Origin: Ascoidea asiatica JCM 7603 | Taxonomy: Eukaryota > Fungi > Ascomycota | Length of the DNA stretch: 64,000 bases | Reading direction: 5' to 3' | Assembly: GCA_001600695.1 (NCBI GenBank) | Contig: BCKQ01000003.1 | Location: forward strand, 1,432,526 to 1,496,525 | Shown: positions 24,440 to 34,263 of the stretch, piece after piece | How positions within the stretch are numbered: position 1 is the first letter of the stretch | Layout: every line of letters starts with the position of its first letter | Program-made: the position numbers and the translations under genes | Notes under the pieces: generated by a model | The model's database searches: none | The model's input: only the letters and a program-made list of their open reading frames with translations | Told to the model about the DNA's origin: nothing

Positions 24440-24446
24440 CGGGTAA
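24440..24446. promoter_or_regulatory. Reb1-like site
   Basis: CGGGTAA (TTACCCG) ~230 bp upstream of HCR1. The same motif occurs at 57850-57856 upstream of MRPL32. Confidence 0.45.
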
Positions 24447-25678
24447 AGTATTTATTGTGTGTTAAAAGTGTAATTACTGAAAATTGCCAGTTCAATAAAA
24501 TAGAATCAGCATTCAGAAATGTCACGTTCTAAAACAGGTGATCACCCATCCATTGTCAATCATTTCAAAGTCAGGGCTACAGCATAGGGCTCTATCAAAA
24601 AAATAGACAATCACGTTATTATACGAGGCCACAGTTGAGGGAGAACAGCCGCTATAATAGTTTCCTGTTCTGGAGTCCAAACAGGAAGGCACCGAGCCAA
24701 ACAGGCGCCTGACACATTCAGACAGCCCGGCGTCGTGCGTCACGGGCTACCATAAAGAAAAGCAGCACGCAGGCATGTGAGCAAACAACAAGCCACGGAT
24801 CCATCATGCACTCGCCACAATACTGCCAGGGTGGTCAGGTGTGCTCTGAGACTAGCTCTGGCGGTGCGACGCGTGAATTTCCAGAGCTACAGCTCTTCAG
24901 TTCAGTTCTTCAGTTCTTCAGCTCTTCTAGCCAGAGCTCCAGAGCTCCATGCAATACAATAAATAGTACGAGTGCTATTAGCAGCTTAGAAGCAGTGCTG
25001 GTGCTGGTGTTGGTGGTGGTGCTGAGTGGTGATATTGAAACTGCTATTTATTTATTCTCTGGAGTATTTAATTTTATTTATTTACCTATTTGCCTATTTA
25101 TTATCTTTTTTCTCAGTACGCAGTGCATATTGGATTATCACCATTTTACTCACATAATACCACTTTGCTTTTATTAAATATTCATCATCTTCATCATCTT
25201 AATCATTTTAATCATTTTATTTATCCTAATCATCTTGATTATCATAATTATCTTAAATTGCACTTCAAGATATCAATTTTATTCAACTTTATTCATTTTT
25301 CAATATCTTAGACATCTGATTTAAATTAATGTTTATTCAATTTTCAGTATATTCCTCCCTGATTTCAATAAAAATATAACGCTGAAAACTTCATTATTAT
25401 TTTTTTAATTTTTTTTTTGCTTTTCACTTTCACTTTCCATTTATAAAATTTCAGTTCTATATTACAAAAAAAAATTATTTTATAATATTTTATAAAGTTT
25501 CCAGAATTGATTAAAAAATAATAATTTTACAATTTTTCAATAATTTAATTTATCTTGCTTAATTTATTTGCTAATTTTAAATTTTAATGTTAATATTTTA
25601 TTGATAAGATCAATAAAAAAAAAAAAAAAATAAAACAAAAATAAATTTATAAAATAACAATTGAATATTTCATTTAAT

Positions 25679-28600
25679 ATGTCTTCAAAAAATACCCAAA
25701 GTTATTGGATTACTCATCAAACTCAATTCTCTCCTCAATTCAATAATCAACTAAATAATCAATCTGTTGATGATTTATTACAATCAACTCAAAAATATTT
25801 ACCTTCTTCTCATTCTTCAAATAATTTGAAATCTACTAATACAACTAATTCAAATAATACATCAAATAATACAACAAATGATACTTTAGATTCAACATTT
25901 ACACTAAAAGAAAATACAATTGATAATAGAGATAATAATATTGATAATATGGATAATATTGCTAATATTGATGACAATAATAATGATAATAATGATAATA
26001 ATGATAATAACCTAAGCGCTGATAATAATACTAATAATAATGCTGACATAAATTCACGCTCAAGTGCTAACAATAACCATAACACTGATGCTAACGCTAA
26101 TAATAATGTCAATGAAATTAATCAAATCGATGAAATTAATCAAATTAGTCAGAATAATCAAGACAATCAAGAAAATGAGAATAATAATTCTTTAAATCGA
26201 TCAGAATCTCCAAATTCAAATTTAAATTCAAATTCAAAAATTTCTTCAATTTCTCCAGATCCAATATTAAATAGAATTCAATCACAATCACAATATAAAA
26301 ATCCATTTAAAAATCTAAATCAAACTTCAATACAAAATCAATTCAAATCAAAAAATAAGTCTAAGATTAAAGATAAGATCAAAGAAAAACCTAAAGATAA
26401 AGATAAGGAAAAAGATAAAGATAAAAATAATGATAAAGAGAGAAGTAAAGTTATAGATCATGACAAAAATAATAATGATAATGATAAAATTTTAGATAAA
26501 AATATCATTGAAAAACATATTCAATCCAAAAAAAAATTAAGTAGTTTTTCAATTCAAATTGAAAATCTAAATCGTGAATTTAATAATGATAAAATTAAAG
26601 ATAAAAATATTGATAATAATAAAAATAATATTAAATCAATTTCAGCTCATACTCCAATAATTTCAACCACATCTAATAATAATAATAACTCTCATTTAAT
26701 GAGTATGAATAATATGAATATGGACATTTCCATGAATTCAAATGATAATTCAATTGATAAAAATATCTATTTTAATCATTTATCTAGTTTAAATGCAATA
26801 CCAAATATGAATAATTTATCAAATATTAATAATCTAAATAATTTAAATAATTTGAATAGTATGAATAATATAAATAATATGAATAGTTTGAATAATTTAA
26901 ATAACTTTAATAATATAAATGGTATAAATAATATGAATAGTCTAAATAATTTTAATAATTTAAATGGCATAAATAATATGAATAATTTAAATGGTTTTAA
27001 TAATATTAATGCTTTAAATAATTTATCAAATATTAATAATTTAAATGGTTTAAATTCTTTAAGTTCTTTAAATAATTATAATAATTATAATAATAATTTA
27101 AATACTTCTATGAATAACTCTATGAATAATTCAATAAATAATTCAATGAATAATTCAATTAGTAATTCTCTAAATTTATCTTCAAATTTATCAGCAAATT
27201 TAAATAATTCAAACTCTAACTCTCATTCAAATTCAAACTCGAATTCAAAATCTAATTCAAAATCTAACTCTACCTCAAATTCACAAACAAATTCGAATTT
27301 AAATTCAAATTCGAATACAAAATCAAATCCAAATACCATTACAAATATAAATATAAGTTCAAATTCAAATACAAATTCAAATTTAAGTTCAAATACAAAC
27401 TCAAACTCAAATGGAAATTATTTACCAAAAATTGGTGAAAAAGCTAGATTCATTTGGTCAAAAGAAAGAAGAAATTTATTTGCTAAAAAATTTTTATCAA
27501 TAATTGAAAAAATTCCAGATTATGATATAAATAATTTATATCTAAAAAAATCTGAATATGATGAACTAGGTGAATATGTTAATTCAAATACTCCTGATCA
27601 ATTACCTGTAACAAATTCTCAATTAAAAAATTTTAAAGATGAGATTAAAAGAAAAATTCTTAAATATATTTTAATCAAAAATATAAATAAACTATCTCAA
27701 TATAAGAATATTGAATGGGATGAAGATTTAAAAGTACCAAAATTAGTAAGTAATCAATGGTATGAAATTGCAAAAGGTGATAAAAATATTTTAAGATTGA
27801 AAGGTAAAGATTTGAATTATCTTTATATTTTATCCGATTTTTTTGAAAAAAAATTAGTTGAAGAAAATAATGGTGAAGATTTAATAACAACAGATTTTTT
27901 TAATAAAAAAAAAAGGCAAGGTTCTTCCAATATTTCAAAAAAACCAAGAAAATTTAGAAGAAGTTCAGTATCTTCCAAACCTTCAAATTCTTTAACAAGT
28001 ATTTCAAATATTTCTACAAATTCCACTATAAGTCCAACAAATAGTCAAAATAATAAATCAAATACATCAAATGGTGAAAATAATTCATTTTTAATTATGG
28101 ATATGTCATCAGATTCAAAAATTAATCATTCTCAAAGTCGTTCTCAATCTCATTCACAATCAAATTCTCAATCAAACTCAAATTTAGGTTCAAATGGGTT
28201 TTTAAGTATAGCCCCAGCATTTCCGGATTCATCCTCCACTCCTAAATCGATTATGAAGCATAAATCTTTGATACATAACTCATCATCATTAAATTCAAAT
28301 CCTATAAATGCTTCTAATACATTGAATGAAATAAATAATACAAATTTAGATGAAAAAAATATGATTAATAATTCAATAAACTCTATATTAAAAGATGATA
28401 ATTTAAATAATTTAAGTAATTTAAGTATGAACTCAACTATGAACCCGGTACAAATTGATGAACTATTTAATATAATTCAAGCAAAACATACTAAAAACAC
28501 AATTGAGAAAATATATGAAAAATTTAATGAGCTTTTTGAAAATAATTTAATTTCAGAAGATGTTTTTCTTTATTTATTGGAAAATGTTAATGAAGAAACT

Positions 28601-29410
28601 TTAATTGAAGTTTTTGCAAATAAATTAGTTTTGAATAAACAAATTTTTTCAAAAATGTTAATTAGTTATTATGACAAGCATAAAGATAAAATTATGGATG
28701 ATAGAATTATGAAAGATAATACCATTGAAGATAATCTTGGGAATAGTCTTGAAGATATATCTGGTATAAATAGTCCCCGTTCACTTGAAGTGTCGAATGA
28801 AGCTGAAAATAAAATTAATGATAGTTCAAAGGATGAAAGTCGGAAAATTATAATGGAACATGAAGAAACGGTACATGAAGATAAAAATAAAGATCTAGAT
28901 AATAAGAATAGTAGTAATAATAGTGACACCAATAATAATAATAATAATAATGACAATGATAATAATGGCATTGATGATACAAATCGTGAAAAATCAAACA
29001 TAGAAGGTGATAATACTGCCAAAATTATTGAAGATAATATGGACAATAATATGGACAATAATATGGATAATAACATGGACAATAATATCGATAATAATAT
29101 TGAAGATAATATTGATAATAATTTGGATAATAATATGGATGAAAATATGGATGAAAATATGGATAATGATATGGATAACAATGATATTAATAATAATAAT
29201 GATCATAATAATAATGACAATGTCAAAGAAATTGTTGATGAACATATTGTAGGCACTTTTGACAGGGGCAATAAAGAAGATATAAAAAACCTTGAAGATG
29301 AAGAGTTATCCTTGAAACCAAATGATAATGTGAATGCTTATGATAGTACTGCTATTTTATTTTCTGAGGGAAATATAAATAATTTAGAAAGACAAACCTC
29401 AAGTCTCTAA
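25679..29410 (+). CDS. Asn-rich protein with central Myb/SANT-like DNA-binding domain
   Basis: Intact ~1243-aa ORF from ATG 25679. Mostly low complexity, with a globular segment at ~27443-27845 (RFIWSKERRNLF...TNSQLKNFKDEIKRK...IEWDED...NQWYE...LNYLYILSDFF) followed by a basic NLS-like stretch. Confidence 0.8.
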   Translation: MSSKNTQSYWITHQTQFSPQFNNQLNNQSVDDLLQSTQKYLPSSHSSNNLKSTNTTNSNNTSNNTTNDTLDSTFTLKENTIDNRDNNIDNMDNIANIDDNNNDNNDNNDNNLSADNNTNNNADINSRSSANNNHNTDANANNNVNEINQIDEINQISQNNQDNQENENNNSLNRSESPNSNLNSNSKISSISPDPILNRIQSQSQYKNPFKNLNQTSIQNQFKSKNKSKIKDKIKEKPKDKDKEKDKDKNNDKERSKVIDHDKNNNDNDKILDKNIIEKHIQSKKKLSSFSIQIENLNREFNNDKIKDKNIDNNKNNIKSISAHTPIISTTSNNNNNSHLMSMNNMNMDISMNSNDNSIDKNIYFNHLSSLNAIPNMNNLSNINNLNNLNNLNSMNNINNMNSLNNLNNFNNINGINNMNSLNNFNNLNGINNMNNLNGFNNINALNNLSNINNLNGLNSLSSLNNYNNYNNNLNTSMNNSMNNSINNSMNNSISNSLNLSSNLSANLNNSNSNSHSNSNSNSKSNSKSNSTSNSQTNSNLNSNSNTKSNPNTITNINISSNSNTNSNLSSNTNSNSNGNYLPKIGEKARFIWSKERRNLFAKKFLSIIEKIPDYDINNLYLKKSEYDELGEYVNSNTPDQLPVTNSQLKNFKDEIKRKILKYILIKNINKLSQYKNIEWDEDLKVPKLVSNQWYEIAKGDKNILRLKGKDLNYLYILSDFFEKKLVEENNGEDLITTDFFNKKKRQGSSNISKKPRKFRRSSVSSKPSNSLTSISNISTNSTISPTNSQNNKSNTSNGENNSFLIMDMSSDSKINHSQSRSQSHSQSNSQSNSNLGSNGFLSIAPAFPDSSSTPKSIMKHKSLIHNSSSLNSNPINASNTLNEINNTNLDEKNMINNSINSILKDDNLNNLSNLSMNSTMNPVQIDELFNIIQAKHTKNTIEKIYEKFNELFENNLISEDVFLYLLENVNEETLIEVFANKLVLNKQIFSKMLISYYDKHKDKIMDDRIMKDNTIEDNLGNSLEDISGINSPRSLEVSNEAENKINDSSKDESRKIIMEHEETVHEDKNKDLDNKNSSNNSDTNNNNNNNDNDNNGIDDTNREKSNIEGDNTAKIIEDNMDNNMDNNMDNNMDNNIDNNIEDNIDNNLDNNMDENMDENMDNDMDNNDINNNNDHNNNDNVKEIVDEHIVGTFDRGNKEDIKNLEDEELSLKPNDNVNAYDSTAILFSEGNINNLERQTSSL
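26800..27160 (+). repeat. Coding 9-bp repeat (NNL/NNM/NNI/NNSM units)
   Basis: Repeated AATAATTTA/AATAATATG-type units within the CDS. Confidence 0.85.
29033..29180 (+). repeat. Coding 12-bp tandem repeat (DNNM/DENM)
   Basis: GAYAATAATATG-like units, about 12 copies. Confidence 0.85.
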
Positions 29411-30291
29411 TATGCAAAATTCAAACAGGGATTTATAAAATTGTAATTTTACGTGTAGATTTTAAATATTTCGTTTTCAATTCATTAATTATTTTAATTT
29501 TTTTTCAATCAATTTTAATTTTAGTTTCAATTACTTTTATGTTTTATGTTTTAATGCTCTTATATTCTCGATGCAATTTTTTTTTTCAGATTGTAATATT
29601 TATTGAAACTTTCTTCAAAGCCAGCTTCTATCAAAGACTTTTTACACTGATCTGATTAGTTATCTTACTTGTGCTTCTTCTGCTGCTTCTAATTCAGATT
29701 CTGAATCTTTTAAAGTTTAGCTATTTAGATTGCAGATTGCAAACCCCTCGACTCCAGACCCCCCCCCCCCCATTTACAGACCCTTGAAAAGTTAAATCAA
29801 CCTCTGGCACTGTAATGCAACACTTGCATTTCATACATTTGGTGTCATGTGACTGTCCTGATTGTTTCTCAATTTGAATCCGTGCATCCGCGGTGTGGAT
29901 GTCCTCTGCCGCTGCCTACAACCTCCAAAACTCCTTTGTCAAAGGGCTTTCGCTCGCTGCCTTTGATTGATGGCGGTGAATTCAGACTAAATTGAACGAT
30001 TTCCCTGCAACAGCTTTATTGCAAACGAGACAGATATTTCAAAATTTTACAATATGCCATTTTACAAACTTATTCTATTTATTACAATAAAATCAAGCTG
30101 AAATTAAATTAAGACACTCTATTGCTAAGTGAAAAATTTCTTTTTATCTACAGTGTTTCTCAAGCCTAATTATAATAGTGATCAAAGAGTTTCCTGATTT
30201 TTTATAACTATTAAAATAAGTTAAATTCAGACTCCTTTCACTGAAATATCTGTAAAAGGATTATTCTATCAAAAAGTTATTATTATTCAAA

Positions 30292-32016
30292 ATGAGTAGT
30301 TGTATGTTTTAATTTTTCTTTTTTTTATTATCGAGTATCTTTTTCATTTTATTGTTCTAAGCTTCTAACAATCTTTTTCTGAAATTTTTATTTCTATTTT
30401 TCTTCTCTACTATAGTTCGTCTACTTGATTTAGCAAAACCATTTTTGCCAATTCTTCCAGAAATCGAGCAACCAATTCAAAAAATTTCTTTGGATGATAA
30501 AATATTATATTCTATAGGTATAGGTATATATTACTTATTTGCAAAGCTACCTATATATGGAGTTGATTCAACTTTACCAGATCCTTTTTTTCAATATAGA
30601 TCTGTATTTGGTTCAGATTTTGGTACATTATTAGAGTTTGGTGTATTACCAATCTTAACTTCTGCTTTTATATTTCAATTAGCTGCAGGTTTAAAATTTT
30701 TAAAAGTAAATTTTTCAATAAGAAAAGATCGTGAGTATTTTCAATCTTTACAAAAAATTTTTGCTTTGATTATTGCTTTTTTTTATTCTTTTGCTTTAGT
30801 ATTTATTTGTAATTATTACAATCCAATAGATTTTAGTCAAGATTCTGCAAAGATTAATTTTAATTCTGGTACAACTTCAAATTTATCAACAAATGTTTTA
30901 ATTTTCTTACAAGTATTTACTTGTAATATTTTTATAATCTTAATTTCAGAATTATTAGATAAAGATTATGGTTTTATTTCTGGTGCTTTATTTCTTATAA
31001 CTATTAATTATGGTCAAACTTTAATGGAAGGTATAATTGGTTTTAATTCTGCAGGTACTTCAAGAGGTTGGGAATCTTTTGGTGTAGTATTTCAATTAAT
31101 TAAAGTTACTAAAAATTTCTTAAGTAATATATTTAGTTCAAATTCAAGTGAAAAATTAAATTATTGTTCTGAATTATTATATTTATTTACAAGAACTGGT
31201 TTCATGAATCTTTTACAATTTTATCTTGTATTAATCACTTTTGCAACTTTGTTTTACCTTTATTCAATTAAATTCGATATTCCAATAAAATCAACAAAAG
31301 TTAGATCAAATACTCAAAATTATCCAATTAAATTATTATTTTGTGGTTCATTACCAGTTTTATTTACTTGGACAATTTATTATAATTTATCATTAATAAA
31401 TTTTATCTTATACAAATTTTTCAATGAAAATTTATTTGGTAAATCTTTAATTATTTCAATTTCTCCAGTTTTCAAAAAATTATTATTTGGTGAATATTCA
31501 AGAGATACTTTAATTTATGGTACTTCTGGTATTTATAATAGTTTTGGTAAATTATATTTGAATTCTGGTATTATTACTCTATTTCAACCACCAGTTTCTT
31601 TATCAAATTTTACTTCAAATCCTTTACAATATATTTCTTTCATAATTTTCTCACTTTTAACTTCTTCTTTTTTTTCATTAACTTGGTTTAAAATTTCAGG
31701 TTCTTCTCCAAGAGATCTTGCTTCTTCTTTTTCAAAACAAGGTATCTCAATCTTAGGTAAAAGAGAAGTTAATATTGTTAAATATTTAGAAAAAATTATT
31801 CCAATTGCAAGTTTTTCAGGTGGTTTAATTTTATCTTTAATCTCAATCACTGGTGAAATTCTTGGTTCAAAAGGATTAGTAACAGGTTTAATAGTAGCTC
31901 TTTGTTCAACTTTTGTATTTTTAGAAGAATTTATGGGTGAACAAGCTGCTAGTGGTGGAATGTCAAGTTTAATGAGTGGTGCTACTGGTGGTATGCCAAC
32001 TATTCCAGGTTTATAG
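30292..32016 (+). CDS. SSH1: Sec61 paralogue Ssh1, two exons (30292-30301, 30416-32016)
   Basis: Exon 1 ATGAGTAGTT, then a 114-nt intron GTATGT...TTCTAAC (30363-30369)...TAG. Spliced N-terminus MSSFRLLDLAKPFLPILPEIE. SecY motifs GTLLEFGVLPI, ELLDKDYGF, YPIKLLFCGSLP, SGSSPRDLA. Too divergent to be SEC61 itself. Confidence 0.92.
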
Positions 32017-32524
32017 AGAAATAATCAAATAATCAATTATTCAAGAAATTGTTAAAATTCAAAAAAATACAATCAATCTTTAGGACCTTTCATCAAATAA
32101 AAAAAAAAAAAATAATAAAAATAAAAATAAATAAAAAAGAGAAAATCATAATGTATAAAAATATAGTAATTGTCATTATTCCATTCTTGCAATTTCTTTT
32201 GATAATTTCTCTTTTTTCTATATTAATCTTACGTATTCTGTGTTAATCTTCATTCTTTCTTGCATTGTTGTTTAATAATTATCTACTTTTTTTTAACCCA
32301 ACGTTATGTTTTTTATTTGCTTTTAATGTTTTCTACCAGATATATTCGATTAAGTTAAAGTTTTTTCAAAAATTGGTTTAATTTACAATATCTATATTTT
32401 TATTCTAAACAAATTATAATTTATATACGCATTTGTGATCTCAATAATACACTTTTTTACACTTCTCTCAATTTCTTTGGAAAATTGATATTTTTCATAT
32501 TTCCTTTTTTTTTCGTATTCTATT

Positions 32525-33847
32525 TTATAAATTATATTCACCTCTGGAAAATGAGTAACCTATTTTTGTTTCATCATTAAGTTTAGAAAAAACAAATTGG
32601 GTTTTATTATTATTAAATTTAAACCCAAAAATAAAAGATTCTGTACAATGACAATATATTATTTTATTCCATAAAATTTTTGCACTTGAGAATGTTTTTT
32701 GATCTTTACTATCCATTGAGATATAATCAATTTTTCTTAAATATGCTACTATACCCAAATATAAAATATTTTCATTACTATCTTCATTACTATTTTGATT
32801 TTTATTGGCATAATTTTTAGAATTTAAATTAATTCTTTTTGATTGTTTAGTTATAGAATTTTGTAATAGTAAAGATATATCAAGATCTAAATCCGAGTTA
32901 TAATCTTGTGAGTTATTATTTAGCCAATTAAATAATAAATATTCTAAAATATAATAAGAAGAAAATCTTGCTAAATCCAATTGAATTATATCTTCGCCAT
33001 TTCCTGAGCACATTATTGAAATTTCAAATATTGGAATTTTATTAAGATTATGATCTTTGATTACATCATATAAAGGTAAATCAATTGTAGATAAGTTATA
33101 AATTGAAGAACCAAATACTGAAGCAGAACCGATTCTTTGATTAGATTTGAAAAAATTTCCACCGGAAGAAACTCCATGAACTAAATTATTTGAAGAATCA
33201 TTTAATATTATACCAATTGTATCATTCGAAGTAATGACATTATTCTGTAAATCATTTTTGAACTTTGAGTAAAATTTAAAACAATTTGAACTTATTAAAT
33301 CGATATTATTACAAAATCCATCATTTAAAAGATTATTATTGGAATTCAAATTTTTGTAATAATCTTTATGATTATCTGATAAAATAATTGGTTTTGTTAT
33401 AGATAATTGATTTTGGTTTTTATCAATCTCTTTCAATCTAAGAAAATTTAGACTTCTAGTTATTGGATACTTAAAATTTTGAATATCATTTAAACTTAAA
33501 ACTGAAAATTTATTTTCACTGAAATTTTTCAAAAGAATTGTTGATTCATTGATAACTTTACCGGAATAAGAAATAGAAGATCCATAAGAAACGTTAGTTA
33601 ACTCAGACAATTCAATTAACTTGGATACTTCTGAAAGAACCACAATTGAATTATCAATGGAGTTTGAACGAGAAATATCTGCTAGAGATAATTGAATAAT
33701 CCCCTTTGAGCAAGCTTTATTCAAAAGCGATTTGTAGGCAGAAGAATTACTAGAACTATGGCTGCCTGCCCCTAGATGGATAAGTACCAAATTGTTCAGA
33801 CTGTGTTCCATTCTCCATATTCCATACCAAGCTCTTTCTTCTTTCAT
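32525..33847 (-). CDS. Taspase1-like N-terminal nucleophile hydrolase (asparaginase 2 family)
   Basis: LIHLGAG, ELTNVSYGS, autocleavage site D/TIG, GVSSGG, RIGSASVFGS, SGNGEDII. The start could be ATG 33811. Confidence 0.85.
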   Translation of the reverse strand: MKEERAWYGIWRMEHSLNNLVLIHLGAGSHSSSNSSAYKSLLNKACSKGIIQLSLADISRSNSIDNSIVVLSEVSKLIELSELTNVSYGSSISYSGKVINESTILLKNFSENKFSVLSLNDIQNFKYPITRSLNFLRLKEIDKNQNQLSITKPIILSDNHKDYYKNLNSNNNLLNDGFCNNIDLISSNCFKFYSKFKNDLQNNVITSNDTIGIILNDSSNNLVHGVSSGGNFFKSNQRIGSASVFGSSIYNLSTIDLPLYDVIKDHNLNKIPIFEISIMCSGNGEDIIQLDLARFSSYYILEYLLFNWLNNNSQDYNSDLDLDISLLLQNSITKQSKRINLNSKNYANKNQNSNEDSNENILYLGIVAYLRKIDYISMDSKDQKTFSSAKILWNKIIYCHCTESFIFGFKFNNNKTQFVFSKLNDETKIGYSFSRGEYNL

Positions 33848-34263
33848 AAAATCTTTTTTTGTTCTTCTGAAACTCTGAAGGTCTAAATAATTGTTTTTGA
33901 TTCTTCTGCGTCTTTCTCAGCTTTTTGATGGTGTTTTAGGTTCTCTCTTTCCAGTTCCGTGTCCTCAGCAAGCACTACCTCATCCGGAAATGGTATTCAA
34001 AACTATCAGTGTTTTCCGTGCTCCGGATGGACAGACCCCTATCACAGGCTATTTCCTTAGTGGGTTAATTACTTTCCTTTACTTAGGCGAAATAAAGAAG
34101 CGAAGAGAAAAGAATAATAAATATTTATTGATTTTTGTCTATTGATCCTTTTCTTTTTATTGACTGTCTATTTAACTTTTCATATCTTTCTCATCTATTA
34201 AGATAAACAATCAATTCTGTTTTATTTATAATTTCTGATCAACTGCTCTTGTTTTCTGTTGTT

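Noticed and set aside
24522-25311. Short ORFs 24522, 24777, 24806, 25090 as genes
   Set aside because: Non-ATG or weak starts and low complexity, explained by the GC-rich repetitive promoter region.
25810-29252. Antisense and alternative-frame ORFs (25810, 26776, 28669, 28994, 29007 etc.)
   Set aside because: Shadows of Asn/Asp codon repeats in the real CDS.
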